In this document: positions 18,453 through 29,969 of the stretch, piece by piece
Layout of the letters: every line of letters begins with the position of its first letter
How positions within the stretch are numbered: the stretch's first letter is position 1
Assembly (NCBI GenBank): GCA_046160545.1
Contig: JBJXGS010000245.1
Location: 25,280-89,279, forward strand
Source: Burkholderiales bacterium
GTDB taxonomy: Bacteria > Pseudomonadota > Gammaproteobacteria > Burkholderiales > JAEUOS01
Direction: 5' to 3'
DNA length: 64,000 bases
Position numbers and translations under genes: made by a program
The notes under the pieces: generated by a model
What the model saw: the letters and a program-made list of their open reading frames with translations, nothing else
Database searches by the model: none
What the model was told of the DNA's origin: nothing

Positions 18453-19052
18453 CTATGCCCCCTTCTTGTCTTCGCCGATCAGAAGGCGCGTATCGGACAG
18501 GTAAGTGTGCGGGGGGATCTCGAGGTTGTCAGGGGCCGGCTTGGCCTTCCATACCCGCCCGGCCATGTCGAAGGTCGACCCGTGGCAGGGACACACGAAG
18601 CCCATGTCGTCACCCAGCGTGACGTTGCCGCCGGCAGGGAAAGGACCGGTCGGCGAACAACCCAGGTGCGAGCAGATGCCGACGGCCACGAGCAGGTCTG
18701 GCTTGATCGAGCGATGTGTATTGCGGCAATACTCGGGCGTCAGTTCGGAGGGTTTGCGCTCGGACTTCGGGTCGGCAACCTTGGACTCGGTCTTGGCCAG
18801 CGAATCGAGCATTTCCTTGGAACGGCGCACGATCCAGACCGGCTTGCCGCGCCACTCGACGATCATGCGCTCGCCCTCCTTGAGGGCACCGACGTCGACT
18901 TCCACCGGCGCGCCGGCGGCGCGCGCCTTCTCGGACGGCGCGAAAGTCGAGACAAACGGAACGGCGGTGCACAGCGCACCCAGCCCGCCGACGGCGGAGG
19001 TCGCGATGATGGCGCCGCGGCGCCCGGAATCGGCGCTGGCTTGGTTACTCAT
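18453..19052 (-). CDS. petA: Rieske iron-sulfur subunit of the bc1 complex
   Basis: Twin-arginine N-terminus, CSHLGC and CPCHGS boxes. Confidence 0.97.
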   Translation of the reverse strand: MSNQASADSGRRGAIIATSAVGGLGALCTAVPFVSTFAPSEKARAAGAPVEVDVGALKEGERMIVEWRGKPVWIVRRSKEMLDSLAKTESKVADPKSERKPSELTPEYCRNTHRSIKPDLLVAVGICSHLGCSPTGPFPAGGNVTLGDDMGFVCPCHGSTFDMAGRVWKAKPAPDNLEIPPHTYLSDTRLLIGEDKKGA

Positions 19053-19303
19053 AGGGATGCCTCAAGGATGAATATCTCGAAAATCTCGACTGGCAGCGGC
19101 GTTACCTCATAAATCCAGCATTGCGAGCCGTGCCTTCGACAAACCGCAGAATTATATCCGATCATGCGGCGCAACAAAAGTTTTTCAGGATTTCATGTTT
19201 ATATTCAACAACTTGAATCTATCTCCTTGCCGAGATCAGACTGCGACGGTAAGATTCGCCAGCCGAATCCGGCATACCAACAAAAGCAAGGGGATCGCAA
19301 AGA

Positions 19304-19729
19304 ATGAGTTTCGCTTCGGAGTTCAAGGAATTCGCCGTCAAGGGCAGTGTTGTCGATCTGGCGGTAGGCGTGATCATCGGCGCTGCCTTCGGCAAGATCG
19401 TCGACTCTCTGGTGGCCGACATCATCATGCCAGTGGTCGGAGCCGTTTTCGGCAACCTCGATTTTTCCAACCTCTTCTGGGTCCTGGGCAAGAACCCGAA
19501 CAACCTGACGGTGTTGGCCGAGCTCAAGAAGGCCGGCATCCCGGTCTTCGCCTGGGGCAGCTTCCTGACCGTGCTGGTCAATTTCGCCATCCTCGCCTTC
19601 ATCATCTTCCTGATGGTCAAGCAGATCAACCGCATGAAGAACGAGGCGCCGCCCGCCCCGGCAGTTGCACCGGCACCTCCTGAGGATGTCATGCTCCTGC
19701 GCGAGATTCGCGACTCGCTCAAGAAGTAA
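19304..19729 (+). CDS. mscL: Large-conductance mechanosensitive channel
   Basis: [28 protein letters not shown]...[10 protein letters not shown]. Confidence 0.97.
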   Translation: MSFASEFKEFAVKGSVVDLAVGVIIGAAFGKIVDSLVADIIMPVVGAVFGNLDFSNLFWVLGKNPNNLTVLAELKKAGIPVFAWGSFLTVLVNFAILAFIIFLMVKQINRMKNEAPPAPAVAPAPPEDVMLLREIRDSLKK

Positions 19730-19730
19730 T

Positions 19731-19787
19731 CCGCCGCGCGGCAATCGCGTTTGCCGGAGCGGCCTTTTCGCCCCTGCTTCGGCAGGG
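19731..19787. terminator. Hairpins between convergent mscL and nif3
   Basis: CGGCAA..TTGCCG stem followed by CCTTTT, and a CCCTGC-TTCG-GCAGGG hairpin at 19772-19787. Confidence 0.5.
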
Positions 19788-19800
19788 ACACGGGCCGTCC

Positions 19801-20550
19801 TCAGACCGGGTTGTCGATGTCGTGGAAACAGTGGCCAAGGTCGAAACGCTGCGCCAGGTGCTCGGCCAAGGCGCACGCGCCATAGCGTTCGGTTGCGTGA
19901 TGGCCGGCAGCCACGAATGGCACGCCGGACTCGCGTGCCAGGTGAGTGGTCTGTTCGGAGGCTTCGCCGGACAGGTACAGATCGGCTCCGGCCGCGATCG
20001 CGGCCTCGAAATAGCCTTGTGCCCCACCTGTGCACCAGGCGATGCGGCGCACCTGCCGGGTCGCATCGCCCAGAAGTAGCGGCTCGCGCCCGAGCACCAG
20101 GCCAACCCGGGCGGCGAATGACGCGGCGGTAAGCGGTGCTTCGATCGCGGCCACCCGTCCCAGTTCCTGCTCACCGAAAGTAGACTCGGCAACCAGGCCT
20201 AAGCGTGTACCGAGCTGCGCGTTGTTGCCCAGTGTCGGGTGCGCGTCCAGGGGCAGGTGATATGCGAAAAGGTTTACTTCAGCCGACAACAGGCGTGCCA
20301 GCCGCGCGCGCCGGGTCCCGACGACCCGCATGTCATCGCCGCGCCAGAACACGCCGTGGTGCACGATGAGTGCGTCGGCGCCATCGTCGACGGCGCGTTC
20401 GATCAAGGCCAGGCTGGCGGTCACGCCGCTGGCTAAGCGCATGATCTGCGGCTTGCCTTCCACCTGCAACCCGTTTGGGCAATAATCGCGAAAGCGCCCG
20501 GGTTCCAGGAGCGCGTCCATCGCTTCACCGAGTGCCCGTCGATCCACCAT
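19801..20550 (-). CDS. Nif3/YbgI-like dinuclear metal-centre protein
   Basis: DYCPNGLQVEG, HHG, YHLPLDAHP..GNN, GHHATE; start reassigned to ATG 20550 (~249 aa). Confidence 0.92.
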   Translation of the reverse strand: MVDRRALGEAMDALLEPGRFRDYCPNGLQVEGKPQIMRLASGVTASLALIERAVDDGADALIVHHGVFWRGDDMRVVGTRRARLARLLSAEVNLFAYHLPLDAHPTLGNNAQLGTRLGLVAESTFGEQELGRVAAIEAPLTAASFAARVGLVLGREPLLLGDATRQVRRIAWCTGGAQGYFEAAIAAGADLYLSGEASEQTTHLARESGVPFVAAGHHATERYGACALAEHLAQRFDLGHCFHDIDNPV

Positions 20551-20557
20551 TCCCGCC

Positions 20558-21757
20558 ATGTTGCGACACCTCTGGTTGATTTTCGCGCAGACCGCGACCA
20601 TCTGCATCGCAGTGTGGTTTGTCGTCGCCACCCTCAAGCCGGAGTGGCTGCCGGCACCTCCGGCCACATCCGCGAACACGCCCGCGCAAACGGACCTGAA
20701 GCCGGTGACGGTCACCCAGGCCGCGGCTGAAGGGTCCGGCGCACCGCGCTCGGTCGGGTCCTACAGCGAGGCGGCGCAGGCGGCCATTCCCGCAGTGGTC
20801 AACATCTTTACCTCCAAGGAGGTAAAGGTACCGCAACACCCGTTCATGAATGACCCGCTGTTCCGGCACTTCTTCGGCGGCGACGAACGGGGCGCCACCC
20901 GCCGCACCAACAGTCTCGGCTCCGGTGTCGTCGTGAGCCCGCAAGGTTACATCCTCACCAACTATCACGTCATCGAGTCGGCCGACGAGATCGAGGTGCT
21001 GCTCACCGACAAGCGCCGTGCCCGCGCGCGCATCGTCGGCGGTGACCCCGAAACCGACCTGGCGGTCATCAAGCTTGATCTGCCCGACGTGCCGGCGATC
21101 GTTTTCGGTCGCCCCGATGCAGCCAAGGTCGGGGATGTCGTGCTGGCCATCGGCAACCCGCTTGGGGTGGGGCAGACCGTCACACTGGGCATCGTGTCAG
21201 CGCTGGGTCGCTCGCAGTTGGGTATCGCGCAGTACGAAAATTTCATCCAGACCGATGCCGCGATCAATCCCGGCAACTCCGGCGGTGCATTGGTCGACAG
21301 CCAGGGGCGACTCCTGGGCATCAACACCGCGATCTTTTCCCGTACCGGCACTTCAGCGGGCATAGGCTTTGCGATCCCCGCCAACATGGCGCGCGAAGTC
21401 ATGGAACAAATCATCGCCAATGGCGCTGTGACACGCGGTTTCCTGGGCATCGAGCCGCAGGAGATCACCCCCGAGCTGGCCGAATCCTTCAAGCTGCCGC
21501 GCGACCAGGGCGTGCTGATCTCAGGCATCGTGCGCGGCGGTCCGGCAGACCGCGGCGGAATGCGACCGGGTGACGTGCTGGTGGAACTGGGCGGCAACCC
21601 GGTACGCGACCCTCCGGCCATGATGAACCAGATCGCCGCACTGAAGCCGGGCGATGGCGTCAAGGCCAAGGTCGTGCGCCAGGGGCAGGTGGCTGAATTC
21701 AATCTGACCGTGGCCAAGCGTCCGCGCCCGGGACGCCGCCCTGGCCAGGGTGAATAG
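20558..21757 (+). CDS. degS: HtrA-family serine protease, DegS/AlgW-like (one PDZ domain)
   Basis: N-terminal TM, TNYHV, DLAV, QTDAAINPGNSGG, single PDZ. Confidence 0.88.
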   Translation: MLRHLWLIFAQTATICIAVWFVVATLKPEWLPAPPATSANTPAQTDLKPVTVTQAAAEGSGAPRSVGSYSEAAQAAIPAVVNIFTSKEVKVPQHPFMNDPLFRHFFGGDERGATRRTNSLGSGVVVSPQGYILTNYHVIESADEIEVLLTDKRRARARIVGGDPETDLAVIKLDLPDVPAIVFGRPDAAKVGDVVLAIGNPLGVGQTVTLGIVSALGRSQLGIAQYENFIQTDAAINPGNSGGALVDSQGRLLGINTAIFSRTGTSAGIGFAIPANMAREVMEQIIANGAVTRGFLGIEPQEITPELAESFKLPRDQGVLISGIVRGGPADRGGMRPGDVLVELGGNPVRDPPAMMNQIAALKPGDGVKAKVVRQGQVAEFNLTVAKRPRPGRRPGQGE

Positions 21758-21781
21758 CGCTCGCGGCCAGCCCGCTGCGCT

Positions 21782-22564
21782 TCAGGTCGCCTTGGACTGC
21801 GAGGCGTCCTCTTCCTCTTTTGGGCGGTCACGCTCGATCAAGCGCGCACACAGAATGCCCACCTCGTAGAGCAGGCACATCGGCACCGCCAGCGCGAACT
21901 GGGATACCACGTCCGGCGGCGTGACCACCGCAGCGACCACGAAGGCACAGACGATGAAATAGCCGCGCCACTCCCTGAGCTTTTGCACGCTGATGATGCG
22001 CGTGATCACCAGCACCACGACCGCCACCGGCACCTCGAAGGCAACGCCGAAAGCGATGAACATCGTGAGGACAAAACCGAGATAGGCCTCGATATCCGGT
22101 GCCGGCGTGATCGAAGTCGGCGCGAAAGAATTGATAAATGCGAAGAACTGGCCGAAGACAATGTAATAGCAAAAGGCGATGCCGATCAGGAACAGGAAGG
22201 TCGAGGAAAACACCAGCGGCAGGGCCAGGCGTTTTTCGTGGCTGTAGAGGCCGGGCGCCACGAAGGCCCACGCCTGATAGAGATAGAACGGCAGGCCGAC
22301 CACGAAGGCAAGCATGGCCGTCACCTTGAGTGGCACGAGGAATGGCGAGATTACCGAGGTGGCGATCATCTTGGTCCCTTCGGGGAGGGACTTGATCAGG
22401 GGCAGCGCAAGGAAATCGTAGACCGGCCCGGCCTTGGGCCAGACGAAAAATGCGAACACAAAGAGCACCAGAAACACGATCACGCTGCGCAACAGCCGAT
22501 CGCGCAACTCCACCAGATGCGAGATAAAGCTGTCTTCCTTGCCGCCTTCGGCCGATTCGCTCAT
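21782..22564 (-). CDS. tatC: Tat translocase TatC
   Basis: HLVELRDRL, F..PGLYSHEK, TPPDVVSQ. Confidence 0.97.
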   Translation of the reverse strand: MSESAEGGKEDSFISHLVELRDRLLRSVIVFLVLFVFAFFVWPKAGPVYDFLALPLIKSLPEGTKMIATSVISPFLVPLKVTAMLAFVVGLPFYLYQAWAFVAPGLYSHEKRLALPLVFSSTFLFLIGIAFCYYIVFGQFFAFINSFAPTSITPAPDIEAYLGFVLTMFIAFGVAFEVPVAVVVLVITRIISVQKLREWRGYFIVCAFVVAAVVTPPDVVSQFALAVPMCLLYEVGILCARLIERDRPKEEEDASQSKAT

Positions 22565-22580
22565 GCAGGCGCCATCCCTA

Positions 22581-23063
22581 TCAGGCCTTCAGCACCGGCT
22601 GCGCCGGGTCGTCCAGGGCAAGCGAAGCCTGCACCGAAGGCGACCCGGCTACAGGCGGGCTGCCGGACGCTGCGGTCGAGGACGTATCGGCCAGCGCGGC
22701 TGGTGCGACAGGACCGCCTTGCGCGGACTCGCCCGCGGGTGTTGACGGCGTACTGCCGTCCGCGGACAGGACACCGTTGGCCAGGTTGTTGATCTCGCTG
22801 GCCTGGGCTTCGAAGCCGGAAACGGTCTCGCGCACCGACGACTCGATGGTGGCCGCCGCCTCGCTGACGCTGGTCTTGAGCTTTTTCAACTCGTCGAGTT
22901 CTATCTCGCGGTTGATATCGGCCTTCACATCGGCGACATAGCGCTGCGCGCGTCCCATGAGGGCGCCGATGGTGCGAGCAACGCGCGGCAACTTTTCCGG
23001 CCCGATGACCAGCAATGCCACCACACCGATGACCATCATCTCGGAAAAGCCGATGTCGAACAT
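22581..23063 (-). CDS. tatB: Tat translocase TatB
   Basis: MFDIGFSEM..IGVVALLVIGPEKLP. Confidence 0.96.
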   Translation of the reverse strand: MFDIGFSEMMVIGVVALLVIGPEKLPRVARTIGALMGRAQRYVADVKADINREIELDELKKLKTSVSEAAATIESSVRETVSGFEAQASEINNLANGVLSADGSTPSTPAGESAQGGPVAPAALADTSSTAASGSPPVAGSPSVQASLALDDPAQPVLKA

Positions 23064-23152
23064 GGCGGGACTCTTGGAAAATTAATGGCTCAGGATCGAC
23101 AGCCAGGAGCCGCGATCCAGGGGCCGGCGCAATGCCGGCCGGACGCCTTGCT

Positions 23153-23386
23153 TCAGACCCTGGACTTCTCTTCGGGCTTGACGTCGATGGTCTGCCCGAC
23201 CTTGCCCGGCTCGGCCGCAGCTGCCTTGGCAGCGTCGGCCGTCGCCTGACCTTCCTTCATGCCGTCCTTGAAACCCTTGACGGCGCCGCCCAAGTCGGCT
23301 CCCATGTTGCGCAACTTCTTGGTGCCGAAAACGAGCATCACGATGACCAGGACGATCAGCCAATGCCAGATGGAAAATGAACCCAT
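23153..23386 (-). CDS. tatA: Tat translocase TatA
   Basis: [38 protein letters not shown]. Confidence 0.97.
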   Translation of the reverse strand: MGSFSIWHWLIVLVIVMLVFGTKKLRNMGADLGGAVKGFKDGMKEGQATADAAKAAAAEPGKVGQTIDVKPEEKSRV

Positions 23387-23483
23387 GGAACGGTCTCCTT
23401 GAATCGGTTGGTTCGGCAGGACCGCAGCGTCGGTTCTTATTGTTTCTTGGCCACGTTCTATGCCCTGCAGGGACGGAAGACGG

Positions 23484-23843
23484 TCAACCGCGCCGCCAAG
23501 GCCGCGGACCGCCCATCACATGCATGTGCAGGTGCAACACTTCCTGGCCGCCTTCGCGGCCGTTGTTGATGGCGACGCGAAATCCGCCCTCGCGCCCCGG
23601 ATTCGCCCCATGCGCAGGTGCGAGCCGTGCCGCCAACAACATCATTCTACCAAGCAGCGCCTGATGATGCTCGGCGGTAAAGGCCAGAGATTCGATGTGC
23701 TCGCGAGGAACGATCAGGAAATGAACCGGGGCAGCCGGGTTGATGTCGTGGAAAGCGAACAGTTCGTCATCCTCGAAGATCTTGCGCGAAGGAATGCGGC
23801 CGTCGATGATCTTGCAAAACAGGCAGTCGGGATCGGTATGCAT
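23484..23843 (-). CDS. hinT: HIT-family nucleotide-binding protein
   Basis: [28 protein letters not shown] triad; start reassigned to ATG 23843. Confidence 0.92.
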   Translation of the reverse strand: MHTDPDCLFCKIIDGRIPSRKIFEDDELFAFHDINPAAPVHFLIVPREHIESLAFTAEHHQALLGRMMLLAARLAPAHGANPGREGGFRVAINNGREGGQEVLHLHMHVMGGPRPWRRG

Positions 23844-23886
23844 GAAGGTTCCAGATGCGCCGGAAATCGGGAGATGGGTCGCTGGC

Positions 23887-24237
23887 TTATGCGCCGGATT
23901 CGCCGACGGAACGCGCTGCGTCCTTGCGCGCCGCCTTTTCGTCGAGCCCTGACAAACCCTCGCGCCGGGCCAGTTCATCCAGTACAAGGTCTGGCGTGAG
24001 TCCGTAGTGTTCCAGGGCAATCAGACTGTGAAACCACAGGTCGGCGAATTCGGCGACGATGCGTTCGGGCGCTCCGTCCTTGCAGGCCATGACTGCCTCG
24101 GTGGCTTCCTCGCCGATCTTTTTCAGGATTGCGTCTTCACCGCGCGCCAGGAGCCGGGCGACATAGGACTTGTCGGGGTCCGCGCCGCGTCGCGCAGATA
24201 CCATCGCGGCCAGTCGCTTGAGCACCGAGTCACTCAT
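23887..24237 (-). CDS. hisE: Phosphoribosyl-ATP pyrophosphatase
   Basis: SYVARL...KKIGEEA.E...ADLWFH; ATG 24237 overlaps the hisI stop. Confidence 0.95.
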   Translation of the reverse strand: MSDSVLKRLAAMVSARRGADPDKSYVARLLARGEDAILKKIGEEATEAVMACKDGAPERIVAEFADLWFHSLIALEHYGLTPDLVLDELARREGLSGLDEKAARKDAARSVGESGA

Positions 24238-24650
24238 TTGCGATAAATCTCCGCCGGGTCGCGCAACACCGGCGCGGTCACCTTCCATTCGCCGTTCTCG
24301 AGCTTGCGGAAGAAGCAGTCGTGCCGGCCGGTATGGCAGGCAATGCCGCCCTGCTGTTCGACGGTGAGGAGAACGACGTCGCCATCGCAGTCAAGGCGCA
24401 CGTCGACGACACGCTGACGGTGCCCGGACTCTTCGCCCTTTTTCCACAGTTTCCCGCGCGAGCGCGAGAAATACACGGCAAGGCCGGATGACACAGTCAA
24501 TCCGAGCGCTTCGCGGTTCATCCATGCGACCATCAGGACACTGCCGCTGCCGACCTCCTGGGCAATGGCGGGGACGAGGCCTCGGTCGTCGAAGACCACC
24601 TCGTTTAGCCAGGCGGGGGCAGACGGCGCAGCGCCAGTTTGCGCGCTCAC
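24234..24650 (-). CDS. hisI: Phosphoribosyl-AMP cyclohydrolase
   Basis: [14 protein letters not shown]...DCDGD...ACHTG...CF. Confidence 0.96.
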   Translation of the reverse strand: MSAQTGAAPSAPAWLNEVVFDDRGLVPAIAQEVGSGSVLMVAWMNREALGLTVSSGLAVYFSRSRGKLWKKGEESGHRQRVVDVRLDCDGDVVLLTVEQQGGIACHTGRHDCFFRKLENGEWKVTAPVLRDPAEIYRK

Positions 24651-25405
24651 AGGCGCACCTCCACACCGCGCTCGGCTAAGCGCGCCTTGGCCTGTCCGAC
24701 AGTGAATTCACCATAATGAAAAATGCTCGCCGCGAGTACCGCGTCGGCGTGGCCCACGGTCACCCCGTCGGCCAGGTCGTCGAGCGAACCCACCCCGCCC
24801 GAGGCGATCACCGGAATCGATACAGCATCGGCCACCGCCCTCGTCAGTGCCAGGTCGAAGCCCGAACGCGTGCCGTCGCGATCCATGCTGGTGAGAAGGA
24901 TTTCGCCAGCGCCCAGCGCCTCGACGCGGCGCGCCCAATCGACCGCATCCAGGCCGGTGTCATTGCGTCCACCATGGGTGTAGACATGCCAGGCACCGGG
25001 GCCGGCCGCCTTGGCATCGATCGCCACGACGATGCACTGCGCGCCGTAGCGCCCGGACGCCTCGGCCACCAGCTGCGGATTGGTGACGGCGCTGGTGTTG
25101 ATGCTGATCTTGTCCGCCCCGGCGTTGAGCAGGCGCCGCACATCGCCAACCTGGCGCACCCCGCCCCCGACGGTGAGCGGGATGAACACCTGCGCTGCAA
25201 CCGCCTCGATGATGTGCAGAATCAGGTCGCGGTCATCGGAGGATGCCGTGATGTCCAGAAAGGTCAGTTCGTCGGCGCCTTGCTCGTCGTAGCGCCGCGC
25301 GATCTCGACCGGGTCACCGGCGTCTCTCAGTGCAACGAAATTGACGCCCTTCACCACACGGCCGGCGGTGACGTCGAGACAGGGGATGATGCGCTTGGCG
25401 AGCAT
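24647..25405 (-). CDS. hisF: Imidazole glycerol phosphate synthase, cyclase subunit
   Basis: [31 protein letters not shown]. Confidence 0.98.
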   Translation of the reverse strand: MLAKRIIPCLDVTAGRVVKGVNFVALRDAGDPVEIARRYDEQGADELTFLDITASSDDRDLILHIIEAVAAQVFIPLTVGGGVRQVGDVRRLLNAGADKISINTSAVTNPQLVAEASGRYGAQCIVVAIDAKAAGPGAWHVYTHGGRNDTGLDAVDWARRVEALGAGEILLTSMDRDGTRSGFDLALTRAVADAVSIPVIASGGVGSLDDLADGVTVGHADAVLAASIFHYGEFTVGQAKARLAERGVEVRL

Positions 25406-25484
25406 GGGGGAAGCGGAAGGCCACGAAAATCCCGCGGCACTCGAATGATACTGCGCAGCGCGCTATGGAAATTGCCGCGCGCCG

Positions 25485-26216
25485 CTATTTGGCGGCTTCG
25501 GCAAGTGCCTTCCTGAAATCCAGCGTGCCGTCGTAGATGGCGCGGCCGGCGATGACACCTGTCACGCCGTCGCCCTCGAGCCCCTTCAGGGACTTGATGT
25601 CCTTCAGACTGGAAAAACCGCCCGAGGCGATCACGGGAATGCTCACCGCCTCCGCCAGGCGCTGCGTCGCCTCGATATTGATTCCGGTCAGCATGCCATC
25701 GCGGCCGATATCGGTGTAGATGATCGCCTCGGCGCCGTAGTCCTGGAATTTCTTCGCCAGATCGATCACATCGTGTCCGGTCAGCTTGCTCCAGCCGTCG
25801 GTTGCGACCTTGCCGTCGCGCGCATCCAGGCCGACGATGATGTGCCCCGGGAACGCGCCGCAGGCATCGTGCAAAAAGCCCGGGTTCTTGACCGCAGCGG
25901 TGCCGATGATGACCCAGGACAGGCCATCGTCGAGGCAGCGCTCCACCGTATCAAGGTCACGGATGCCACCGCCCAGTTGCACCGGCAGTTCGTCGCCAGC
26001 AGCGGCGACGATTCTGCGAATCGCCGCTTCGTTCTTGGGCTTGCCGGCAAATGCGCCATTCAGGTCAACCACGTGCAGGCGCTTGGCACCCTGCACCTTC
26101 CAATGCGCGGCCATCGCCGCCGGATCCTCGGCAAATACCGTCGCGTCGTCCATCTCGCCCTGCTTCAAGCGGACGCAGCGGCCGTCTTTCAAGTCGATTG
26201 CGGGAATGATCAGCAT
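25485..26216 (-). CDS. hisA: ProFAR isomerase
   Basis: [37 protein letters not shown]; start ATG 26216 (or 26222). Confidence 0.96.
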   Translation of the reverse strand: MLIIPAIDLKDGRCVRLKQGEMDDATVFAEDPAAMAAHWKVQGAKRLHVVDLNGAFAGKPKNEAAIRRIVAAAGDELPVQLGGGIRDLDTVERCLDDGLSWVIIGTAAVKNPGFLHDACGAFPGHIIVGLDARDGKVATDGWSKLTGHDVIDLAKKFQDYGAEAIIYTDIGRDGMLTGINIEATQRLAEAVSIPVIASGGFSSLKDIKSLKGLEGDGVTGVIAGRAIYDGTLDFRKALAEAAK

Positions 26217-26271
26217 GGACATGCTGCGCCAGGCAAGCGGCCGGTGGCGCCGGGGCCGATAGGGAAAGCAA

Positions 26272-26907
26272 TCACGGATTCCATGCGACGAAGTTCGAAA
26301 ACAGGCGCAGGCCGGTGGTGTGACTCTTCTCAGGGTGAAACTGTACGCCGAACAGGTTGTCACGCGCAATCGCGCATGTAAAGTGTATCCCATACTCTGC
26401 GCTGCCGGCCACCACGCTTGCGGCCACCTGGTCCGGATGATAGCTATGCACAAAATAGAAGCGGCTGTCATCGTCGATGCCGGACCAGAGCGCGTGCGGG
26501 CGCGCCTGGCGCACCTGGTTCCATCCCATGTGCGGCACCTTGAGGAGCGCGCCATCCGGACCACGCATGCCGTGCCGGAAACGCGCCACCCGGCCACTGA
26601 ACAGCCCCAGCCCGGGCGTCTGGCCTTCCTCGCTGGAATCGAACAGCATCTGCATGCCGATGCATATTCCCAGGAAGGGCTTGTTCGCGGCTGCCGCAAG
26701 AATCGCTTCGCGCAGTCCCGAGGCTGACATTTCGCGCATGCAGTCGGGCATCGCCCCCTGGCCCGGGAAAACGACGCGATCAGCGGCGCCGATCTGCTGC
26801 GGATCGCCGGTAACAAGCACACGTGCATCCGGCGCGACGTGCTCGATCGCCTTGGATACCGAGCGCAGATTGCCCATGCCGTAATCGATGACAGCGACGG
26901 TTTGCAT
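26272..26907 (-). CDS. hisH: IGP synthase glutamine amidotransferase subunit
   Basis: [24 protein letters not shown]; start ATG 26907. Confidence 0.96.
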   Translation of the reverse strand: MQTVAVIDYGMGNLRSVSKAIEHVAPDARVLVTGDPQQIGAADRVVFPGQGAMPDCMREMSASGLREAILAAAANKPFLGICIGMQMLFDSSEEGQTPGLGLFSGRVARFRHGMRGPDGALLKVPHMGWNQVRQARPHALWSGIDDDSRFYFVHSYHPDQVAASVVAGSAEYGIHFTCAIARDNLFGVQFHPEKSHTTGLRLFSNFVAWNP

Positions 26908-26948
26908 GTCGTTCCTGTCGCCTGCCTGCAGCGACACCCGGGAGAAGT

Positions 26949-27536
26949 TTAGAGCGAGCCCTTGGTCGAGGGAATGCTGTCTGCGGCCCGCGCATCGACC
27001 TCGCAGGCCATGCGCAGGGCACGGCCGAAGGCCTTGAACACGGTTTCGCACTGGTGGTGTGCGTTCTCGCCGGCCAGGTTGTCGACGTGCAGGGTCACCA
27101 GCGCGTGATTGACGAAGCCCTGGAAGAACTCGTGGGCGAGATCTACGTCGAAGCCGCCGATCATGGCACGCTTGAACGGAACGTTGAACTCAAGGCCTGG
27201 CCGCCCGGAGAGGTCGATCACGACACGCGACAAGGCTTCGTCCAGAGGCACATAGGCATGGCCGTAGCGCCTCAGGCCCTTCTTGTCGCCGGCGGCCTTC
27301 GCGAATGCCTGGCCCAGCGTGATGCCGATGTCCTCGACGGTATGGTGCGCGTCAATGTGCAAATCGCCCGTGGCCTCGATGTCCAGATCAATCAGGCCAT
27401 GGCGCGCAATCTGGTCGAGCATGTGGTCGAGAAAAGGCACGCCGGTGACGAAGGCGGCACGTCCGGTGCCGTCCAGGTCGAGGCGAACGCGAATCTGCGT
27501 TTCCTTTGTGTTGCGAACGATTTCAGCTTGTCTCAT
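26949..27536 (-). CDS. hisB: Imidazoleglycerol-phosphate dehydratase
   Basis: [29 protein letters not shown]. Confidence 0.97.
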   Translation of the reverse strand: MRQAEIVRNTKETQIRVRLDLDGTGRAAFVTGVPFLDHMLDQIARHGLIDLDIEATGDLHIDAHHTVEDIGITLGQAFAKAAGDKKGLRRYGHAYVPLDEALSRVVIDLSGRPGLEFNVPFKRAMIGGFDVDLAHEFFQGFVNHALVTLHVDNLAGENAHHQCETVFKAFGRALRMACEVDARAADSIPSTKGSL

Positions 27537-27594
27537 GGGATCAATCCGCCTGCGACGGTTACTGTGAGCAGAGCACCGGAACGCACATGGCGGT

Positions 27595-28674
27595 TTACTT
27601 TAGCGCGTTTTCCAGCGCCGCCAGCATGGCACGATTCTCTTCAGGCGTGCCGATCGAAAGGCGCAGGCAATTGGCCATCAGCGGATGGCCGCCGTCAAAA
27701 TTGCGCACCAGCACACCATCGGCCTTCATCGTTTGGTACGCCGCCGTGCCGCTGCCGGGCGGCCCCTCGATGCGCACGCAGACGAAATTGGCGGCACTCG
27801 GGAACTGCGTCACGCCCTTGATTTTCGCCAGCCCGGCCTGCACGACCGGCCGCTCGGCGAGCACCTGCGCCGCCAGTGCGTCGATGATGTGCTTGTTCTC
27901 GAGGATCTTGATCGCCACGGCTTCGGCCAGGACACCGATGTTGTATGGCGCGCGGGCCTTGTCAAATTCGACCAGCCACTCGGGGCTGGCAGCGACATAG
28001 CCCAGGCGCACGCCAGCCATGCTGATCTTGGAAACCGTGCGCATGACGGCGAGATTCTTGAAATCGGGCAGGCGGCGCATGAAGCTGTCACCGGCGTAGG
28101 GCTGGTAGGCCTCGTCGATGACGACCAAGCCCGGCGCGGCGCGCACGATGCGCTCGACCTCGGCGTGCGAATAGGGGCTGCCGGTCGGGTTGTTCGGATA
28201 GGCCAGCCAGATCAGCGCCGGCCGGTGCTCTTCGATGGCGGCGAGAAATGCATCGATGTCGAGCGCGAAATCCGGCTTGAGCGGCACTCCGACGAATTTC
28301 AGGCGGTAGAAAAACGCATGCATCTGGAACATCACGAACGACGGCGCCGGCGCCATGACCACGGCCCCCTCGCGGGCGCAGGCCGCTGTGATGTACTGGA
28401 TGCACTCGTCCGAACCGTTGCCGCACAACACATCGAATCCCGCCGGCACACCCATCTTTTCGCGAATCAGCTGGCGCAATCGGGAAAGCGACGGCACCGG
28501 ATAACGATTCAGGGCGAGCCCCGTGACAGTCGCACCGATCTCGCGCGCCAGGTCGTCAGGCAGGCGATACGGACTCTCCATGGCGTCAAGCTTGATCATT
28601 CCGGTGGCGTCGGACACCGGGTAGGTCGCCATGGCGCGGATTTCCGGGCGGATGACAGCTTCGACGGGATTCAC
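27595..28674 (-). CDS. hisC: Histidinol-phosphate aminotransferase
   Basis: GNGSDE, PNNPTG, DEAY, RTVSK..AG.RLG; within the his operon. Confidence 0.94.
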   Translation of the reverse strand: MNPVEAVIRPEIRAMATYPVSDATGMIKLDAMESPYRLPDDLAREIGATVTGLALNRYPVPSLSRLRQLIREKMGVPAGFDVLCGNGSDECIQYITAACAREGAVVMAPAPSFVMFQMHAFFYRLKFVGVPLKPDFALDIDAFLAAIEEHRPALIWLAYPNNPTGSPYSHAEVERIVRAAPGLVVIDEAYQPYAGDSFMRRLPDFKNLAVMRTVSKISMAGVRLGYVAASPEWLVEFDKARAPYNIGVLAEAVAIKILENKHIIDALAAQVLAERPVVQAGLAKIKGVTQFPSAANFVCVRIEGPPGSGTAAYQTMKADGVLVRNFDGGHPLMANCLRLSIGTPEENRAMLAALENALK

Positions 28675-29969
28675 AATCGGACCTCTGCGGCGCGCGCATG
28701 CGCGTCAAGACCTTCTCCATGTGCCAGCGTGGAAGCGATGCGCCCCAGCACCGTGGCCCCCTGGCGCGACACCTTGATCAGGCTCGAGCGCTTCTGAAAA
28801 TCGTAGACCCCGAGTGGCGAGGAAAAGCGCGCTGTGCGCGACGTCGGCAGGACATGGTTGGGCCCCGCGCAGTAATCGCCCAGCGACTCGCTGGAGTGGG
28901 CTCCAAGGAAAATCGCGCCGGCGTGACGAATCAGGGGCAGGAGCGCCTCGGGATCGGCTACCGACAATTCGAGGTGCTCGGCGGCGATGAAATTGGCGAT
29001 CTCGCAGGCGTGCGCGAGGTTGCGTGACAGGATCAATGCGCCACGCCCGGCCAGGGAGGCGGCGATGATCTGTCGCCTTGGCAGCGTGTCAATGAGCCGC
29101 GCGATCGACGCCTGGACACGATCGAGATAGGCCGTGTCCGGGCTGATCAGGATCGCCTGCGCCATCTCGTCGTGTTCGGCCTGGCTGAAAAGGTCCAGGG
29201 CTATCCAGTCGGGATCGGTGCTGCCGTCGGCGATGACGAGGATCTCGGAGGGTCCGGCAATCATGTCGATGCCGACCTTGCCGAAGACACGGCGCTTGGC
29301 CTCGGCGACATAGGCATTGCCGGGTCCAACGATCTTGTCCACCGGTGCGATCGATGCAGTGCCGTAGGCGAGCGCTCCTACGGCCTGCGCCCCGCCGATG
29401 GTATAGATCGTATCGACCCCGGCGATCGCCGCCGCGGCCAGCACCAGCGGATTGCGTTCGCCGCGCGGGGTCGGCGAAACCATCACCAGCTCGCGTACGC
29501 CTGCGACCCTGGCCGGGATCGCGTTCATGAGAAGCGAACTGGGGTATGCCGCCTTGCCACCCGGGACGTATAGCCCGACCCGGTCCAGTGGCGTGACCTG
29601 CCAGCCGAGTTCGGTGCCATCGGTCTCGCGATAGCGCAGGCCAGGGGCACACTGGCGCTCGTGGAAGGTGCGAATACGCTCGGCAGCGGCCTGCAACGCA
29701 TCGCGCTCGGCGGCGCCGATGCTTTGCAGGGCAGCGGCAATCTCCGCGCCGGAGATCGTCAATTCGGCGATGGTCGTCGCGCGCACATCGTCAAAGCGCG
29801 CCGTCGCCTCGAGGACCGCGGCATCGCCGCGGGCCCGCACGTCGGCGAGGATACCCTGCACCGCGGCTTCGATCGCCGCATCGCCCGCACTCTCGCGGTC
29901 AAGCAGCGACGCCAGTTCTTCGGTGAAACGTGCGTGCGACGCGTCCAGGCGCCGGATCAGTCCGGTCAT
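28671..29969 (-). CDS. hisD: Histidinol dehydrogenase
   Basis: [41 protein letters not shown]. Confidence 0.97.
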   Translation of the reverse strand: MTGLIRRLDASHARFTEELASLLDRESAGDAAIEAAVQGILADVRARGDAAVLEATARFDDVRATTIAELTISGAEIAAALQSIGAAERDALQAAAERIRTFHERQCAPGLRYRETDGTELGWQVTPLDRVGLYVPGGKAAYPSSLLMNAIPARVAGVRELVMVSPTPRGERNPLVLAAAAIAGVDTIYTIGGAQAVGALAYGTASIAPVDKIVGPGNAYVAEAKRRVFGKVGIDMIAGPSEILVIADGSTDPDWIALDLFSQAEHDEMAQAILISPDTAYLDRVQASIARLIDTLPRRQIIAASLAGRGALILSRNLAHACEIANFIAAEHLELSVADPEALLPLIRHAGAIFLGAHSSESLGDYCAGPNHVLPTSRTARFSSPLGVYDFQKRSSLIKVSRQGATVLGRIASTLAHGEGLDAHARAAEVRL

